From Octopus vulgaris (taxonomy: Eukaryota): DNA of 64,000 nt. Below are positions 26,834 through 42,030 of the stretch, one piece after another; the first letter of the stretch is position 1; every line of letters begins with the position of its first letter. The notes under the pieces are model-generated. The model had not been told where the DNA came from. It searched no databases and saw nothing but the letters and a program-made list of their open reading frames with translations. The stretch covers positions 121,396,001 to 121,460,000 of the forward strand of contig OX597820.1 in NCBI GenBank assembly GCA_951406725.2. The letters are read 5' to 3'. The position numbers and the translations under genes are program-made.

Positions 26834-27166
26834 AATGAAAGAATGGAGTCGAACGAAGATGTTAACAAAATTCCTTAACTCTCGTCATATGTTTCGAAGA
26901 CAACATATTTTCATTCCAAAGTAATGAAACATATGTCGAGAGTAACATATGTCGAGAGTAAAGGAATTTTGTTAACATCTTCGTTCGACTCCATTCTTTC
27001 ATTTATTCATATACAACACACAAATTTCTGCACATGAATCCGGAGTTTCTACCCTTGGACAGGTCGCTTCAACCGTGTTTCTGACGTGAATTTGCTAACC
27101 AGGTTTCGGTTAAACGAATTTTCCATGCTGACGATAAACATAGGATAATTCATTCACCTATTTAAA
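26831..27166. mobile_element. small fold-back insertion in (TA)n, probable Penelope-like relic
   Basis: Inverted arms at 26831-26895 and 26926-27006; the right arm has a 16-bp tandem duplication AACATATGTCGAGAGT. There is a ~160-bp one-sided tail, (TA)n on both flanks, and a GAAAC-ATAT-GTC hammerhead 3' half at the inner ends. Confidence 0.75.
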
Positions 27167-27180
27167 TATATATATATATA

Positions 27181-27228
<48 letters not shown>

Positions 27229-27383
27229 AAACTACTTTCCGTTTTACAAACATCCGACTAACATGACACTTCAGTGTTAAGTTGACCTGAGGTAAAAAAA
27301 AAAAGAGAAAAGAAAAAAAGTAAAAAAAAGAATAAACTTTCCCATCGTCCTTTTCAGTAAGAATCAAGTAAAGTCTGTGATCT

Positions 27384-27794
27384 TTTTACTCTTTTACTCT
27401 TTTACTTGTTTCAGTCATTTGACTGTGGCCATGCTGGAGCACCGCCTTTAGTCGAGCAAATCGACCCCAGGACTTATTCTTTGTAAGCCTAGTACTTATT
27501 CTATCGGTTCTCTTTTGCCGAACCGCTAAGTTACGGGGACGTAAACACACCAGCATCGGTTGTCAAGCGATGTTGGGGGACAAACACAGACACACATACA
27601 CACACATATATATATGCATATACATATATACGACGAGCTTCTTTCATTTTCTGTCTACCAAATCCACTCACAAGGCTTTGGTCGGCCCGAGGCTATAGTA
27701 GAAAACACTTGCCCAAGTTGCCATGCAGTGAGACTGAACTTGAAACCATGTGGTTGGAAATCAAGCTACTTACCATACAGCCACACCTACGCCT
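27384..27794 (-). mobile_element. SINE family A, full length
   Basis: Reverse-complement match with a (TTTTACTC)n tail. Confidence 0.9.
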
Positions 27795-28088
27795 ATATTA
27801 TTATTTATATAATATTTATATTATCTATATTATTTATAGTATTTGTCTAAAATTGCTTCCTGTCACCAAGTTTTACGTGCGCAACACTGCTACGAAGAAA
27901 AGGCTTAACTAATCAAAAATAAACATTAAGTGGAAACAATGGGACAAGGATAAAATGGAGTTGAAAGTTGGGAAAACGCTAGTTCTTTCTTTTTTTTTAT
28001 TGTTATTATTCTTCGAAACAATTTTCAAGGATAGATTGAGAATCACGAAGCTTCTGAAAGGTTCTAACCTTTTAAAAACTTTAACTAA

Positions 28089-28322
28089 AGGTGTTGGTGT
28101 GACTGTGTGGTAAGAAGCTTGCTTCCCAAACACATGGTTCCTAGGTTCAGTCCCACTGTACAGAAGCTTAAGCAAGTGCCTTCTTCTATAGCCTCGGGCC
28201 GACCACCGATACAGTATGTAAGTACCAGGCTTCAGAAAATACTGGGGTCGATCATTCGACTAAAACATTTTTAGAGTTGTGCCCCAGCATGACCGCAGTC
28301 TAATGACTGAAACAAGTAGAAG
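28089..28322 (+). mobile_element. SINE family A with internal deletion
   Basis: The head (to GGGCCGACCA) is joined directly to the 3' part (CCGATA..AAGTACCAGGCTT). Confidence 0.75.
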
Positions 28323-28384
28323 ATTGTTAAACAAAGCAAAAGTTTAATTATTTTGGTAATCGTGTTTCATTTTTAAGATCAGAA

Positions 28385-28795
28385 TTGTAAGCTCGCCGAA
28401 CAATGTGCTCAGTGGTGTTTCGTCCGTTTTTTGTGCGCTGAGTTCAAATTCCGCCGGGGTCAACTTCACTTTGCCTCCTTTCGTGGTTAGTAAAATAAGT
28501 AACGATTGAACACTGGGGTGGATGTAATCAATTTAGCGCCACCCCTGAAATTACTGGCCATGGGCCAAAATTGGGAAGCAATATTAGTCGGACCCTTCAG
28601 GTGGAGAGCTGGCAGGGTCGTTAGTTCGTCGGCCAAAATGCTTAGCAGGGTTTCGTCCGTCTTTACTTACTGAGTTCAAATTTCGCCACGGTCGACCTTT
28701 CTCAATTCGGGCTCAACAAAATAAGTACCAGTTAAGCTCTGAGGTCGACTAAGCTCCACCCAAGCAAATTTCAGGATTTGGGCCTATAATACAAA
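28385..28795 (+). mobile_element. two diverged SINE family C-related copies
   Basis: TTTCGTCCGT...TGAGTTCAAATT.CGCC...GTC.AC appears twice. Confidence 0.6.
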
Positions 28796-29564
28796 TGATT
28801 ATTAAGGCCAACATAAAACGTGTATTAGGCTTGGCTCAGTGCGAGTAAAGCTCGAAAATTTCCGATGATTTTTCAGTCTCCACGACTGACATAACAAGTA
28901 TGAGGAAGAATTTGTTGCGAGTACGAGTTAATGGAAACATTTGAAACGGGGTTAAGTTTGAAGAACATCATTAAAGTTGAAAGTGTGAGTAGTGATGAAA
29001 ATGCTGCGAATCAATTTCCTAAAACTCTAACAAAAATTATTCAACAGGGTGACTGAAAAGTATTTAAAATAAGAAAAGAAAGCCTTCGTTCAACTCTATC
29101 TCAATTGAAAATTCTGGAAAAATTTACTCCAGAAATAAACCCCTAACAGTAAGATCAACACTTCACACTCCAGCAGTTGATGATGCCATCACTAGAATCA
29201 CCATCACCATCACCATAAGCAGCAGCAGTTATGCAGCAACTTCTACCGCAGCAGCGCTATCTTTTCCAACACACGCCTCTTCATCATCACTAGTAGCCAT
29301 CTGTCCATATTTTTCTTTTTCTTTTTTTTCTCTGGCATCATCCAATTAACGGCGTCTTAATTATTAATTAAGTATGCCCTTTCCAGAGAACAGAAGAGAT
29401 CAATAGATGCGAGGGCGATATATTAGACTTCCATCATTAGATTGGTTCTTCTCGAAGCTTCTTTACTCTTGTCCAGACCTTCACAAAAACTCACATATTT
29501 CGGTGTGTCTGTATGTCTATCAGCCACGTTCTCTATCGCTCTTTCTTATGAGCAAATCAATCAC

Positions 29565-29643
<79 letters not shown>

Positions 29644-30555
29644 TATTAAATATTATTATCATTTTTCAGGGTCCTTCAAAAATAAATCATTGACGCATTA
29701 ATAGAGTGACGGCCTTGTGATGCAGAGGATTTAGTCTGGACGCATTCATCACGAAAAACCCAAGTAGTGCAACCAAAATACAAATAAGCTTAAAATGACA
29801 TTTTTAACACAATATTCGGCCCCTGTGTTGTACTTGCTTTATCCTGTGAACCAGATATTAGCAGGAACATTTAGGTACATCGTGTACCCCTAGCTTAATG
29901 GTGATGGAAGTGGACGGCAGAGATATAAGAATTTCTTTAAACACATTTTACACAATCTTATAAGATTTAAAATATTAAAGCATGAAAACTACTTTAAATT
30001 TAACTGGTTTCTGTGAATTAATTTCTCGAGACAAAAACTGTCGACTGAAATTTATTCGCCCCAAATCAAGCGTTCTTCTAATCCTTGTCTTAAATTTGGT
30101 GAATGGAGTTTATGAAACTGTCCTCGCAATACATACATACATGCATACATCCATGAAAATGTACAGTGAATGACTTTCTGACGGGTTCGAATATGCCTCA
30201 GGAATATATAAAGTGTTAAGAAGTTTATATTTATATACATCACTGCTAAGCGCTGCTATGTTCAGCGAGCTGCGGAATAGCGCCACCAATCATTGGCAAA
30301 TGACGGGAATATCGTCAAGAGGATTTCTCTCACGTATCAGTTCACAGCGTCTGTCTTTTCGGTGTCTGGTGTTGAAGAGGAGATAATCACTCCGGAATGC
30401 ATGCATCCCACAGTCTTGTTAGAGGATACTGTGGGTTGACGCGCTGCATTTCTTTCAATTTCTTTACAATGCAAACTTTTCTTAATGACAAGATACACTA
30501 AATGGATCTTTTACATGCCTCAAGCATATTTTAACTGGTAACAACTTTTTTAGGT

Positions 30556-30586
<31 letters not shown>

Positions 30587-30589
30587 CAT

Positions 30590-30630
<41 letters not shown>

Positions 30631-30701
30631 CATACATTCATATACATACATACATCTATATATTTATATATATATATATAAAACTTATGGGATCACCTTA
30701 C

Positions 30702-30740
<39 letters not shown>

Positions 30741-31013
30741 CATCTAAATAAATATACATGCATGGATTTACGAAAAATACGTATATACATATATACATAT
30801 ACAGACATGTCTCAACACTTACATATACATGCATTTGAACAAATCAATGTACACATCCATATAAATATAGATGCATATGAAATTATATAAAAACATGGCT
30901 GCCAGGACGCACTTTTATCATCCACTGAGCTGTCCCAATCTAAAAGACGATTCAAGATCCATGTGCGGTGTTTACGTATAAAGAACACAATCCATTTGTC
31001 GTCTCCCTTAATA

Positions 31014-31400
31014 TGAATGGAAGCACTCCGTCGGTTACGACGATGAGGGTTCCGGTTGATCCGATCAACGGAACAGCCTGCTCGTGAAATTAACGTGTAA
31101 GTGGCTGAGCACTCCACAGACACGTGTACCCTTAACGTAGTTCTCGGGGATATTCAGCGTGACACAGAGAGTGACAAGGCCGGCCCTTTCAAATACAGGT
31201 ACAACAGAAACAGGAAGTAAGAGTGAGAGAAAGTTGTGGTGAAAGAGTACAGCGGGGATCACCACCACACCCTGCCGGAGCCTCGTGGAGCTTTAAGCGT
31301 TTTCGCTCAATAAACACTCACAACGCCCGGTCTGGGAATCGAAACCGCGATCCTACGACCGCGAGTCCACTGCCCTAACCACTGGGCCACTGCGCCTCCA
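31014..31400 (-). mobile_element. SINE family B2 (family B tRNA head, different 3' half)
   Basis: Minus-strand head GGAGGCGCAGTGGCCCAGTGGTTAGGGCAGTGGACTCGCGGTCG...GGTTTCGATTCC, with a CTTAATAT direct repeat on both flanks. Confidence 0.85.
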
Positions 31401-31435
31401 CTCACTTAATATATGTATGTAAGTATTATGTAGTA

Positions 31436-31505
<70 letters not shown>

Positions 31506-33429
31506 CCGCAACAGCACTACTAGCATTAGTAGTAGATCTGTCCGTCTACAAGAAGGCGGATTGTTGCTATTATAGAACTTAATCATCCAAAATTTTTCAT
31601 GAAGTGAATCTAAAATCCATTCCACACGTTCATATCTAGAATTACTCTAAACGGATATTCCTTCACCATTTGTCTTTTTAAAATTTCTCTGTTTTTTCCG
31701 TTATTCCTCTGTCTTACCATTCCTCACATTCTTTCGTTCTTTTTCCTTAACCCATTTCCATGCTTCCATATTCCCTAGATTTATGCCAATGTCACCCTTC
31801 TTGATATATCGTCCATTTTTATGTCACTATCTAGAAAATATTTTTCATCCCCTTATTTATCGTTTATTTTTATCTGTTTGTTTAATATCGTTTTTTTTTT
31901 ACCATTTTATATTCTTCTTCATTCTGTCTCGTCATAGATTTAACATTTTCCATTTATCTCATTTTCCTGTCATTTTAATTTTACCAAACTAAATCTTTTT
32001 TGCTGTTTTCAAATTTTCGTGTTGTTTCCATTTAGTTTTCTCTTCCTTTTACTTTTTATGTTTTAATTATACCAATTTCCACACTTTTTCTTCTCTCACG
32101 CCACATCTCTCCTCTGTCTGTCTGTGTTTCTCTGCCCCATCTCTCTCTCTTTCTGTCTCTCTCTGTCTCTCTGTCTCTCTCTCTCACATACACACTCACA
32201 CACTTTCACCTCACTCTTTCTCCCCCACTCGCTTATTTGTCTTCTTGTATATTTGTATTCTTTTGTAATTCTTCGTTGTCCACAAAAATATCGTGGGATA
32301 TTTTTCATCACTTCCCACATCCTCTCATTAATTTATATTTTTTATTTGTATTTATTAGAGTCTGCTTTACCAAATTAACTGTAATTTCTTTTTATTTGTT
32401 TTGTTCCTGTGTTATATTGTTTTAAGATGCATTTATGACTTTTGGATGATGGAACTTTAAGTCGACCAACATGAATAGTCAACCGGATCCTTCATGAAGA
32501 GAACACGGTAAGCAATGTCTAAAACCGCCAAAAAGACTGAGGTGGCGCTCCCGAATCATACAAGTAGCAAGAAGTATCCCAGTTTCTCAGGAGAGTCACA
32601 TGTGGTACATTCAATTATTATTATTGATATTATCAATACTGCTTTTAGTATTGTAAAGTGAATTATGACGATTTCCTTGTCTACAGAATGATTTGATGTT
32701 TTACTGTATATAGACATGTCTCCAAGGACCCTCCATAAAATCATATGATTTGCAGCTAAACATCGACCAAGTAAATTCTGAAGCTTTTTACTCACCGGCA
32801 GCTCCATTCGATTTCGAACCGCGAATACTGCATCTCATCTCACAGCCATTTTCTGTGTGTCGCCTAGAAAAAATATTCAGTTATTTTTTAATCCGTCCCG
32901 TTAATCTATGCTCTTAAAAAACCATTTTTTGCACTCGTTTGTTACTTTATAGTAATTACTAAATTAATGTAATTAGTTGCACTGATGGAGCCTGACCTAC
33001 TCAAAGACGACGGTAACTTTCCTCGGTCTCTCGAACTGCGAAAATAGCAGACGTTTCTCCCTAAATTAAATCCTGACATTTTAAATAACAATAATATATA
33101 AAATGTGCTAGTTACTATACGAAAGTTGGAATGTTCACAAGTGAACAATGTACGTATCCGAGCAAAGTCTATCTAGGAAATTATTTCCACGAAAAAAGAT
33201 TTACATAAGTTTTTGTTAATTCATAGCATGTGACAAGGTGATTTTAAGCCACTTAAACAGTTCCACCAAGTCCTCTTGGTAAGATTGAAAGTCTTGAGAA
33301 AACGTTTTGGTAATCTCTAACAATTTCTGTGATCGCCCCTATTTTTCAAATGTTGTTCTGGCTTCTTACAAAGTTATTGTTTGATTTTCCTATGGTAGGT
33401 GCATTCCCTCCTGATCGTGTATTGCATAC

Positions 33430-34190
33430 ATCTATCCTTATGCAAGTCACACTGCCCTGAATTCGAAAACCACATGCTCTACTGCTTAGCATTCACACCG
33501 GAAGCTCCAATACGGATATTTCAGAATTTTGGGTGTCAATCTGAAACAGTGCAATCTCAGGGCATGTATCGATGTATCGAGAGGGATAAAAAACATCAAA
33601 GATCCGGTCAAGATCAGGATGGTTGGAGTTATCACTAGGAATAGTGACGTTATGCCGCCATTTATCTGCCTACACGACCTTAGAGTAAACACGGAGGCCT
33701 ACATCAAGTGCCTGGAGGAGGTAGTGCTGTCCTTGGTCAGGAGGATGTTCGCTGGAAGACCCTATGTCTCGCAGCAAGGGTCTGCACCATGCCACACAAT
33801 CATGAGAATTCAATCATGGCTTTCAGGACATCACCCCAAACATCTGGTCGCGTAACTCCGCAGACTGCAAACCCCTTGATTATTATGTGTGGGGCGCATT
33901 TGAGCGAGAGACTGACTAAACTCCTTGTAACACTAAAGATGAACTGAAAGCAAGAATTATGGCAGCATTCACCAGCTTAAACAAGGAGACCGCCCTGAAG
34001 AGTTCCAGGAGATTCCGCAGTCATCTGGCGGACAGGGTTGAAGCCAAATGGCGATTTTATTGAATATATTTACTGTTTAGCATTTTAGGATATTTTTATG
34101 TAATTTTGGTAAATATATGTGTTAAAATGTGATGTCTGTGTTATATTCATTATTGTGTAATTTAGAGGACAATTTATTTATGGCCCCCTG
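33430..34190 (+). mobile_element. internally deleted Tc1/mariner transposon, maT (DD37D)-like
   Basis: KDPVKIRMVGVIT...YIKCLEEVV...QQGSAPCH, then ..PLDYYVWG..KDELKARI..ANGDFIE. Ends CCCCCTG|TA. Confidence 0.8.
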
Positions 34191-34242
34191 TATATCTGTG
34201 TGTGTTTATGTATGTATGTATGTATGTATGTATGTATGTATG

Positions 34243-34304
<62 letters not shown>

Positions 34305-35367
34305 TACATGGATATACGTGTACGTACGTGTCTGTGTGAGTGTGTGGATCTATAGAAATAAATATACAAACGGGCATACCTATTAACTTATTAATATATT
34401 CATGCTTATGTATATGACACGAACGAAACTCTCGGCGCCTGCGTCACTTTGTTACTCCTACCAAATAACAATAATAAAAATACTTACGTACATAAATACA
34501 TACACGAAAACATATATTTATAAACACAAACACACACATATACATGCGTAAGAGCAGGCATATGTATACATATCCAAAAATACATACACACATATATACA
34601 CACACACACATACACACGCACACACATCTATACAATATGCACACACATCTATACAATATGCACACACATCAGTTACATTGCCCACCAACTGGTGATCCAA
34701 CCAGGTTTTCTCTAACAGCATCGTCACACCCCTACCAAGTTCCCCTAACATCTCTCAGTACTTAAGGGTAACAGTCTCACCAATTACTGGTCATTGTTTT
34801 CTAAGAAGCCAAGAGAGTCCTATGAAAGCAATATTGGAGCGTAGCCTGAGGTCAGGGGAAAAGGTCGGCCATTGTATGGAATGTTCATACGACGCTGGTG
34901 CGAAGGCTTTTTTATTTCTCTATCTTCAGGCTGAACTCAGAATGAAAAGAGGTTTAGTGACATAGGAAGTGGTGGAGAGCATGCCTGAAAGCATTTCTAG
35001 CTAAAATGATAATTTACAGTAACGGTCATAATAATATCTTACAACAATCACAACTGCAGCATTTGCAACAGCAACAACGAAGCAATGATAACCGCACAAC
35101 ATTTCAAAAGAAAAAGAAAGAGGCCAGCAAAAGTCACAGTCGAGGCCAGCAATCCGCATCTTGCGTACAATCGTTGACTCTTACTATATAGGCAGAGAAG
35201 CATGTCTGTCTGTCTCTCTGTCTGTATGTCTGTCTCTCTGTCTCTCTGTCTGTCTGTCTGTCTGTCTGTGTATCTATCTATCTATATATTAAATCTTTGT
35301 AGCAACCTACCTATCTATCTGTCTATCTTTTTATCTATCTGTATATCTATCTATTTTTCTATCTATC

Positions 35368-35414
<47 letters not shown>

Positions 35415-35879
35415 GTATGTATGTTTATATGTATGTAAGTGTCTATGTACGTATGCATTTCGGGATGGTCATTAAAAAATATATTTTTGCGTAATAAACA
35501 CACGCACTATCTATTCGAATATAATATCTGTTTCTACACACGGCTTGAAATCAGGAATCTTGCAACGTACACACAGACACGCACACACACACACAGACAC
35601 ACACAGACACACACAGACACACAGACAACACACACACACTCATACGCGCACACACTCATACGCGCACACACACGCACACACATATATATACATAAAATAA
35701 GTGTGTATAATTATGAATAAATCGCAATTATAACGGAAAAGGTTGCAAAAACCCTTAAATGTCTAGAAATAGCAGTCAAAACCACTATAAAGCCATCATA
35801 AACTCTCTTATTCTATCTCTTCACAATAAAGTTGTCGGCAGGTGACATGACATAGAATTCATAAATAATTATGAATTGT

Positions 35880-36949
35880 TTATGATATATCTTTGCTTTA
35901 TGAGTTCGATAAAGGCAACAACGCAACGGAAAGTGCGATGAATATTAATGCAGTATATGAGGATCGGACAAAAAGCGTAAACCAGTGTCAACGGTGGCTC
36001 AGAAATTCCGAGCCGGAAATTACAGTCTAGAAGACGAGCCTCGTTCTGGAAAATATGTAGAGCTCGACGAGGACGTCCTGCAAACCCTGGTGGGGCAAAA
36101 TCTCATTATAACAGTTGGGGGAACTAGCAGAGAAGCTTGGATTTCGTCATTCAACGATTCAACGACACCTGCCTTCCATCGGAAAAGTCAGAAAATTCCA
36201 GTCAATGGGATCTTCACAAACTTTTCGGGTCTAATGGCGCACAGAGAGTGAATGTGTGCTCTTCTTTGCTGTCACGTGTCACGAATGAACTTATTTCGGA
36301 CTGAATAGTGACTGTTGTTTAGAAATGGGGTCTCTATGAAAAATGTCAAGTGCCGAAGTCAGTGGGTGTGTAAAGGAGAAACACCTCCCCCACCCCCAAG
36401 CTAAAGAAGGTCTTTACCCACGTACGGTGCTGTTATCTGTTTGGTGTGATATGAAAGGTTTAGTCCACTTTGAACTTTTAAATCCAGACTAAACGGTAAG
36501 AAAGGAGATCTGCTGCGAACAGTTTGAACACTTAAGTCAGCACTAGAGGAAAAAGAACCATCTTTGGTTTCAAGACGAAAGGTGTTCTTCCATCAGGATA
36601 ATGCTCGGCCACATACACTGAGGATGATATTCCAAAGGCTGGAGCAGTTTGAATAGGAAATGAAGCTGCACCCACCATATTCGTCGGACTTCTGATTATC
36701 ATTAAGACTGCAATCGTCAAAATCATGTGGATGGAAAAAATATTAATTCTGTAGACGAGGTACTGGAGGAGTAATTTTCGTCACGGACAAGTGATTTTGG
36801 AAGAGGGCCCTTGCAAGTCTACCAGATAGATGGAAGAGCATTGTAGAAAATCAAGGAGAGTATATTTTAGATTAAAAATGAACTTCGTTTATTTTAATTT
36901 TGAAAAATAAAAGTATAAAAAAGACCAATATTTATGGAATGACCCAATA
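35880..36949 (+). mobile_element. degenerate mariner (DD34D) transposon
   Basis: FRAGNYSLEDEPRSG, LLSVWCDMKGLVHFELL, FHQDNARPH and HPPYSSD, with frameshifts and stops. Right TIR TTATGGAATGACCCAATA followed by TA. Confidence 0.85.
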
Positions 36950-37041
36950 TATATTCTTTTATACTTTTAGATCTTTATACGTTTAACGTCTAAGGCTGTG
37001 GCCATGCCGGGGCACCATACATACACATATATGTGTGTGTG

Positions 37042-37626
<585 letters not shown>

Positions 37627-38374
37627 TTGTAAATCACGAGATGAAATCGAGATCACATCATCCAAGTTCTCATTATGCGGTGAGATTAAAAACTCTTCAC
37701 ATCTCAAGAAAGAGAGATTCCTGGATTAGTTTATGAAGTCAATAACTTGTAAACAGCTCTCGCATCGCATCCACTCACACATTCGTCTGTAAATCATCCG
37801 CCTCAGCAGCATTCCGCCAGCTGCGACCTTGTTTGCTGCTTATACAAAACTTTTCGAATGCCTCCAGTTTTCAGTGCAGTATCATGTCTACCTATTAAGC
37901 AAGTCTGAGCTTTCTTAACTCGCCGGATCGGAGAAGACAGCAACATTTTCATCAAAGTGCTATAGCTGCAAGCGATGCTTAATTAAGAAACCATTATTAT
38001 TTTATGTTATTACTGTCTGCTCAATCAGTTAGGGTAATAAATAAATAAATAACTATATAAATACATGAAATTTAATTAACTTTTCCCCTCACACAGCCGT
38101 TAGCTAGCTCGCTCTATTATTAAGTCCCTTCTACAATACGGCCTTATGTCTAGCATTGCGCTTCCCATTGTTGTTGAAGTTGTTGATAAACGTGGTCGGT
38201 CGAAGAAGTGTTGTTTGTGGTTAGGGGTAGCGGTGGCTTGGGTGCCGGGGTGAGTTAGGGTGGCGATGGATATTACTGCCACTGAAGCAGTTTTTAGGAA
38301 GTCTTAAAATAATAATTTACAAGGAAGGAAGGAAGGAAGGACCGATGACATTATTTACTTTTAATATTGTTTTC

Positions 38375-38527
38375 CAAATTTGGCACAAGGCCAGCAAGTT
38401 TAGGGAAGAGGGTAAGTCGATTAGATCGGGCCTGGTGCTCAGCTGATACTTATTATATCGACTTCGAAGGGGATGAAAGGCAAAATTGACCTCTTCGGAA
38501 TTTGAACTCAGAACACAAAGACGGGCG
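38375..38527 (-). mobile_element. SINE family C-related fragment, truncated by the family A SINE
   Basis: GGATGAAAGGCAAAATTGACCTC..GGAATTTGAACTCAGAAC. Confidence 0.65.
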
Positions 38528-38530
38528 ATA

Positions 38531-38950
38531 GGCGCAGGAGTGGCTGTGTGGTAAGTAACTTGCTAACCAACCTCATGGTTCCGGGTTCAGTCCCACTGCG
38601 TGGCATCTTGGGCAAGTGTCTTCTGCTATAGCCCCGGGCCGACCAATGCCTTGTGAGTGGATTTGGTAGACGGACACTGAAAGAAGCCTGTCGTATATAT
38701 GTATATATATATATATGTATGTTCGTGTGTGTTTGTGTGTCTGTGTTTGTCCCCCTAGCCTAGCTTGACAACCGATGCTTGTGTGTTTACGTCCCCGTCA
38801 CTTAGCGGTTCGGCAAAAGAGACCGATAGAATAAGTACTGGGCTTACAAAGAATAAGTCCTGGGGTCGATTTGCTCGGCTAAAGGCGGTGCTCCAGCATG
38901 GCCGCAGTCAAATGACTGAAACAAGTAAAAGAGTAAAGAGTAAAGAGAGT
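38531..38950 (+). mobile_element. SINE family A, full length
   Basis: Complete match with an (AAAGAGT)n tail. Confidence 0.92.
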
Positions 38951-39069
38951 ATGCTGTTCATCATTGTGTCCGGCATGCTAACCATCCTAACGTTAAATAA
39001 TAAAGTCGTTTATGTGGAGATCTGTGAACCGGCATCCTCTCTGTATACATGTGCAGATATTTTGCCTTC

Positions 39070-39257
39070 TGCTTGTTTCAGTCAGGAGACTGCGGCCATG
39101 CCGAAGCACCGCCATGAAGTGTTTTTAGTCGGACGAACAGACCTCAGGAATCATTTTCTAAGCATGGTACTTATTCTGTCGTTATCTGTTACCGAACCGC
39201 TAAGTTACGGGCACATAAACAAATCAACACCGGTTGTGAAGTGGTGGTGGAGGACAA

Positions 39258-39328
<71 letters not shown>

Positions 39329-39476
39329 CACGGTGGCCCTCATTCGATTTCCGTCACCAAGTCCACTCACGTGGCTTTGGTTGACCTGAGGCTGCGATAG
39401 AAAAGTTTCCACGCAGTGGGACTGAACCGAGAATTATGCGGTTGGGAAGCAAACTTCTTACCACAAAGCCACGCCT
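39070..39476 (-). mobile_element. SINE family A, diverged
   Basis: Reverse-complement match (CTGCGGCCATGC, CGAACCGCTAAGTTACGGG, GCAGTGGGACTGAACC). Confidence 0.75.
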
Positions 39477-39887
39477 GAGACTATAACGTATGTATGTACG
39501 TTATGTGTATATATTAATGTATATGTATGCGTATGAATTTGTGTGTGCGTTTCCGAATGTGTACGATGCGTATCTATTATTTGCTGCAGTAAATAATTAC
39601 GTCATCCCAACTTCAATTGAATTAAATTGAGTCCCCGATGTTCGAGTGGAAACCGGTTGCTTTTTCCCTTCATATTTTGAAATAAACAAATAAGATTCGA
39701 TGTTTTACCCGGTGATGCTTCACTGTAAAAGGATCATCCGAAGGAGCATTTTGTAAGAGGATGTTGTCAAATATACAACAGCCACGAATTCAAGATTATT
39801 CTTTGGCAACATGACACCAACGTAATTAAGATTGCTTTCTACTTAAGGCTTGAAATTAGAAGCTCATAATACATTTATATATATATA

Positions 39888-39966
<79 letters not shown>

Positions 39967-40087
39967 ACTGTTGTCTGTGTGATTATTATTATCTGTATGG
40001 TAATATCACTTAGTATTAGATAATGATGGTGGTGAAAATGATGATGTTGATGATGATGATGATGATGGTGACTGTGGTGGTGGTGGC

Positions 40088-40121
<34 letters not shown>

Positions 40122-40965
40122 GTGGTGGTGGTGGTGGCAATGATGATGATGATGATGATGATGATGGTGTTGGTGGTGATGGTGGTGGCGGCGGCGGCGG
40201 CGATGATGATGATCATGACGATGGTAGTGGTGGTGGTGGTGGTGGTAGTGGTGGTGGTGGTGTGAGTGGTGGTGGTGGTGGTGGTGGTGAGTGTGATGTT
40301 GACGACGAAACTGGTATGGACAGAAACCAGAAACTGTGATCAAAAATGAAAACTACAAGATCTTGTAGAACCTCGCCATAGAAACTGAAAATACGTAATG
40401 TTGACCATCTCCTGGTCCACATAGAGACTGACAATACATCGGTACCTACCACACAGTTGGGATCATCTCAGCGCTTTGCCCCATGGTCTTGCTACTCGAT
40501 CCATGCACTCAGGATGGCCTTCTATTTGTCCTCTAATATTAGAAAGCAGAACTTTCCTAGAAAATTCTTAAAATGCTTAAAGAAATAAGCATGGCGAAAT
40601 GAAAACTCAGAACGTAAAGTATCGTAAGAAATGGCGCAAAGCATTTTGTTCTTCGCACTAACAATTCTACCAGCTCACAACTGTTGACCTGTAATTTAGG
40701 TTCAAAGCCTGCTATTTGAAGGGCAAGGAATTGGTCGTTGGTTGCTTCTTGATTTTATCGGCCTCGGATGGTCGAAAGGCAAAACTGTACATCAGAATGA
40801 TTTGAACTCAGCTCGTAAAGATCAGAAAATAATTTCTGATTTCAGTACAAAACAGCAATTTCGATGGAAAGGGCAGCCGATTACATTGGCCCCCTATATA
40901 TAACTGGTATTTTGTTTCATTAACCTCGGAGAGATGATTATTTTGAACAATTCTACTAATATACC

Positions 40966-41200
40966 TATTTCTTTATTACCCACAACGGGGCTAAACACAG
41001 AAGGGACAAACAAGGACAGACATAGGTAATAAGTCGATTATATCGACCCCAGTGCGTAACTGGTGCTTAATTTATCAACCCCGAAAGGATGAAAAGCAAA
41101 GTCGACCTCGGCGGAATTTGAACTCACAACGTAAAGGCAGACGAAATACCGCTAAGCATTTCGCCCGGCGTGCTAACGTTTCTGCCAGCTCGCCGCCTTT
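40966..41200 (-). mobile_element. SINE family C, full length
   Basis: AAGGCGGCGAGCTGGCAG head and GAGTTCAAATTCC B-box-like motif, with a 15-bp TSD TTCTACTAATATACC (40951-40965, 41201-41215). Confidence 0.92.
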
Positions 41201-41641
41201 TTCTACTAATATACCGTCCTCTTCTAACTATAATTTGGTCACTGTAGACTCGAGTGAGGAACAACTATCGATTAAATAGGTCCCAGCAGGTGACTGGTAT
41301 TTTATTTTTCCACTCCAGAAAGATGAAAAGTGAAGTTGATGTGGTAGGATTTGATCTCACAATGAAAAGAAGCAGATCGCGTGCCGCTAGGGATTCTGTC
41401 CGATGTTCTGAAAGGAGAGACTAGCGACCAAATAGTTGTGGCCCAGCACCAGTGCCAGGCAGCGAGATATATGACCGAAGGCAGGTCACGGAGCACAGAT
41501 TGAAGCGGGTTCGCTTCGTTTTGGCAGGTTTTATGAAGCCATCGGGAAAGTAATTCCTCGCCAGAAGAACACACGAGAGGGTAATGGGAGTGGGAGGAGT
41601 AGATCGATAGGAGTAGATCGAGTAGATCGATAGGAAAAGAG

Positions 41642-41644
<3 letters not shown>

Positions 41645-41688
<44 letters not shown>

Positions 41689-42030
41689 ATGAGTGAGAGA
41701 GATGAGTGGAAAGAAAGGTGAGAGGTGGGGGAGGAAAGAGAGCTAGAATGAGAGAGAGAGAGAGAGAGACAGGATGAGCGAGAGAGATGAGTGGAAAGAA
41801 AGGTGAGAGGTGGGGGAGGAGAGAGAGCGAGAATGAGAGAGAGAGAGAGAGAGAGACAGAATGAGTGAGAGAGATGAGTGGAAAGAAAGGTGAGAGGTGG
41901 GGGGAAAGAGAGCGAGAATGAGAGAGAGAGAGAGAGAGACAGAATGAGTGAGAGAGATGAGTGGAAAGAAAGGTGAGAGGTGGGGGAGGAGAGAGAGCGA
42001 GAATGAGAGAGATGAGAGAGAGACAGGATG
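41645..42030. repeat. GA-rich minisatellite, ~85-bp unit x4
   Basis: GATGAGTGGAAAGAAAGGTGAGAGG recurs at 41701, 41786, 41873 and 41956. Confidence 0.9.

Noticed and set aside
39630-39665. GAAACCGGTT palindromic helix III-like motif
   Set aside because: The upstream core is CCGATGT and stems I and II do not form.
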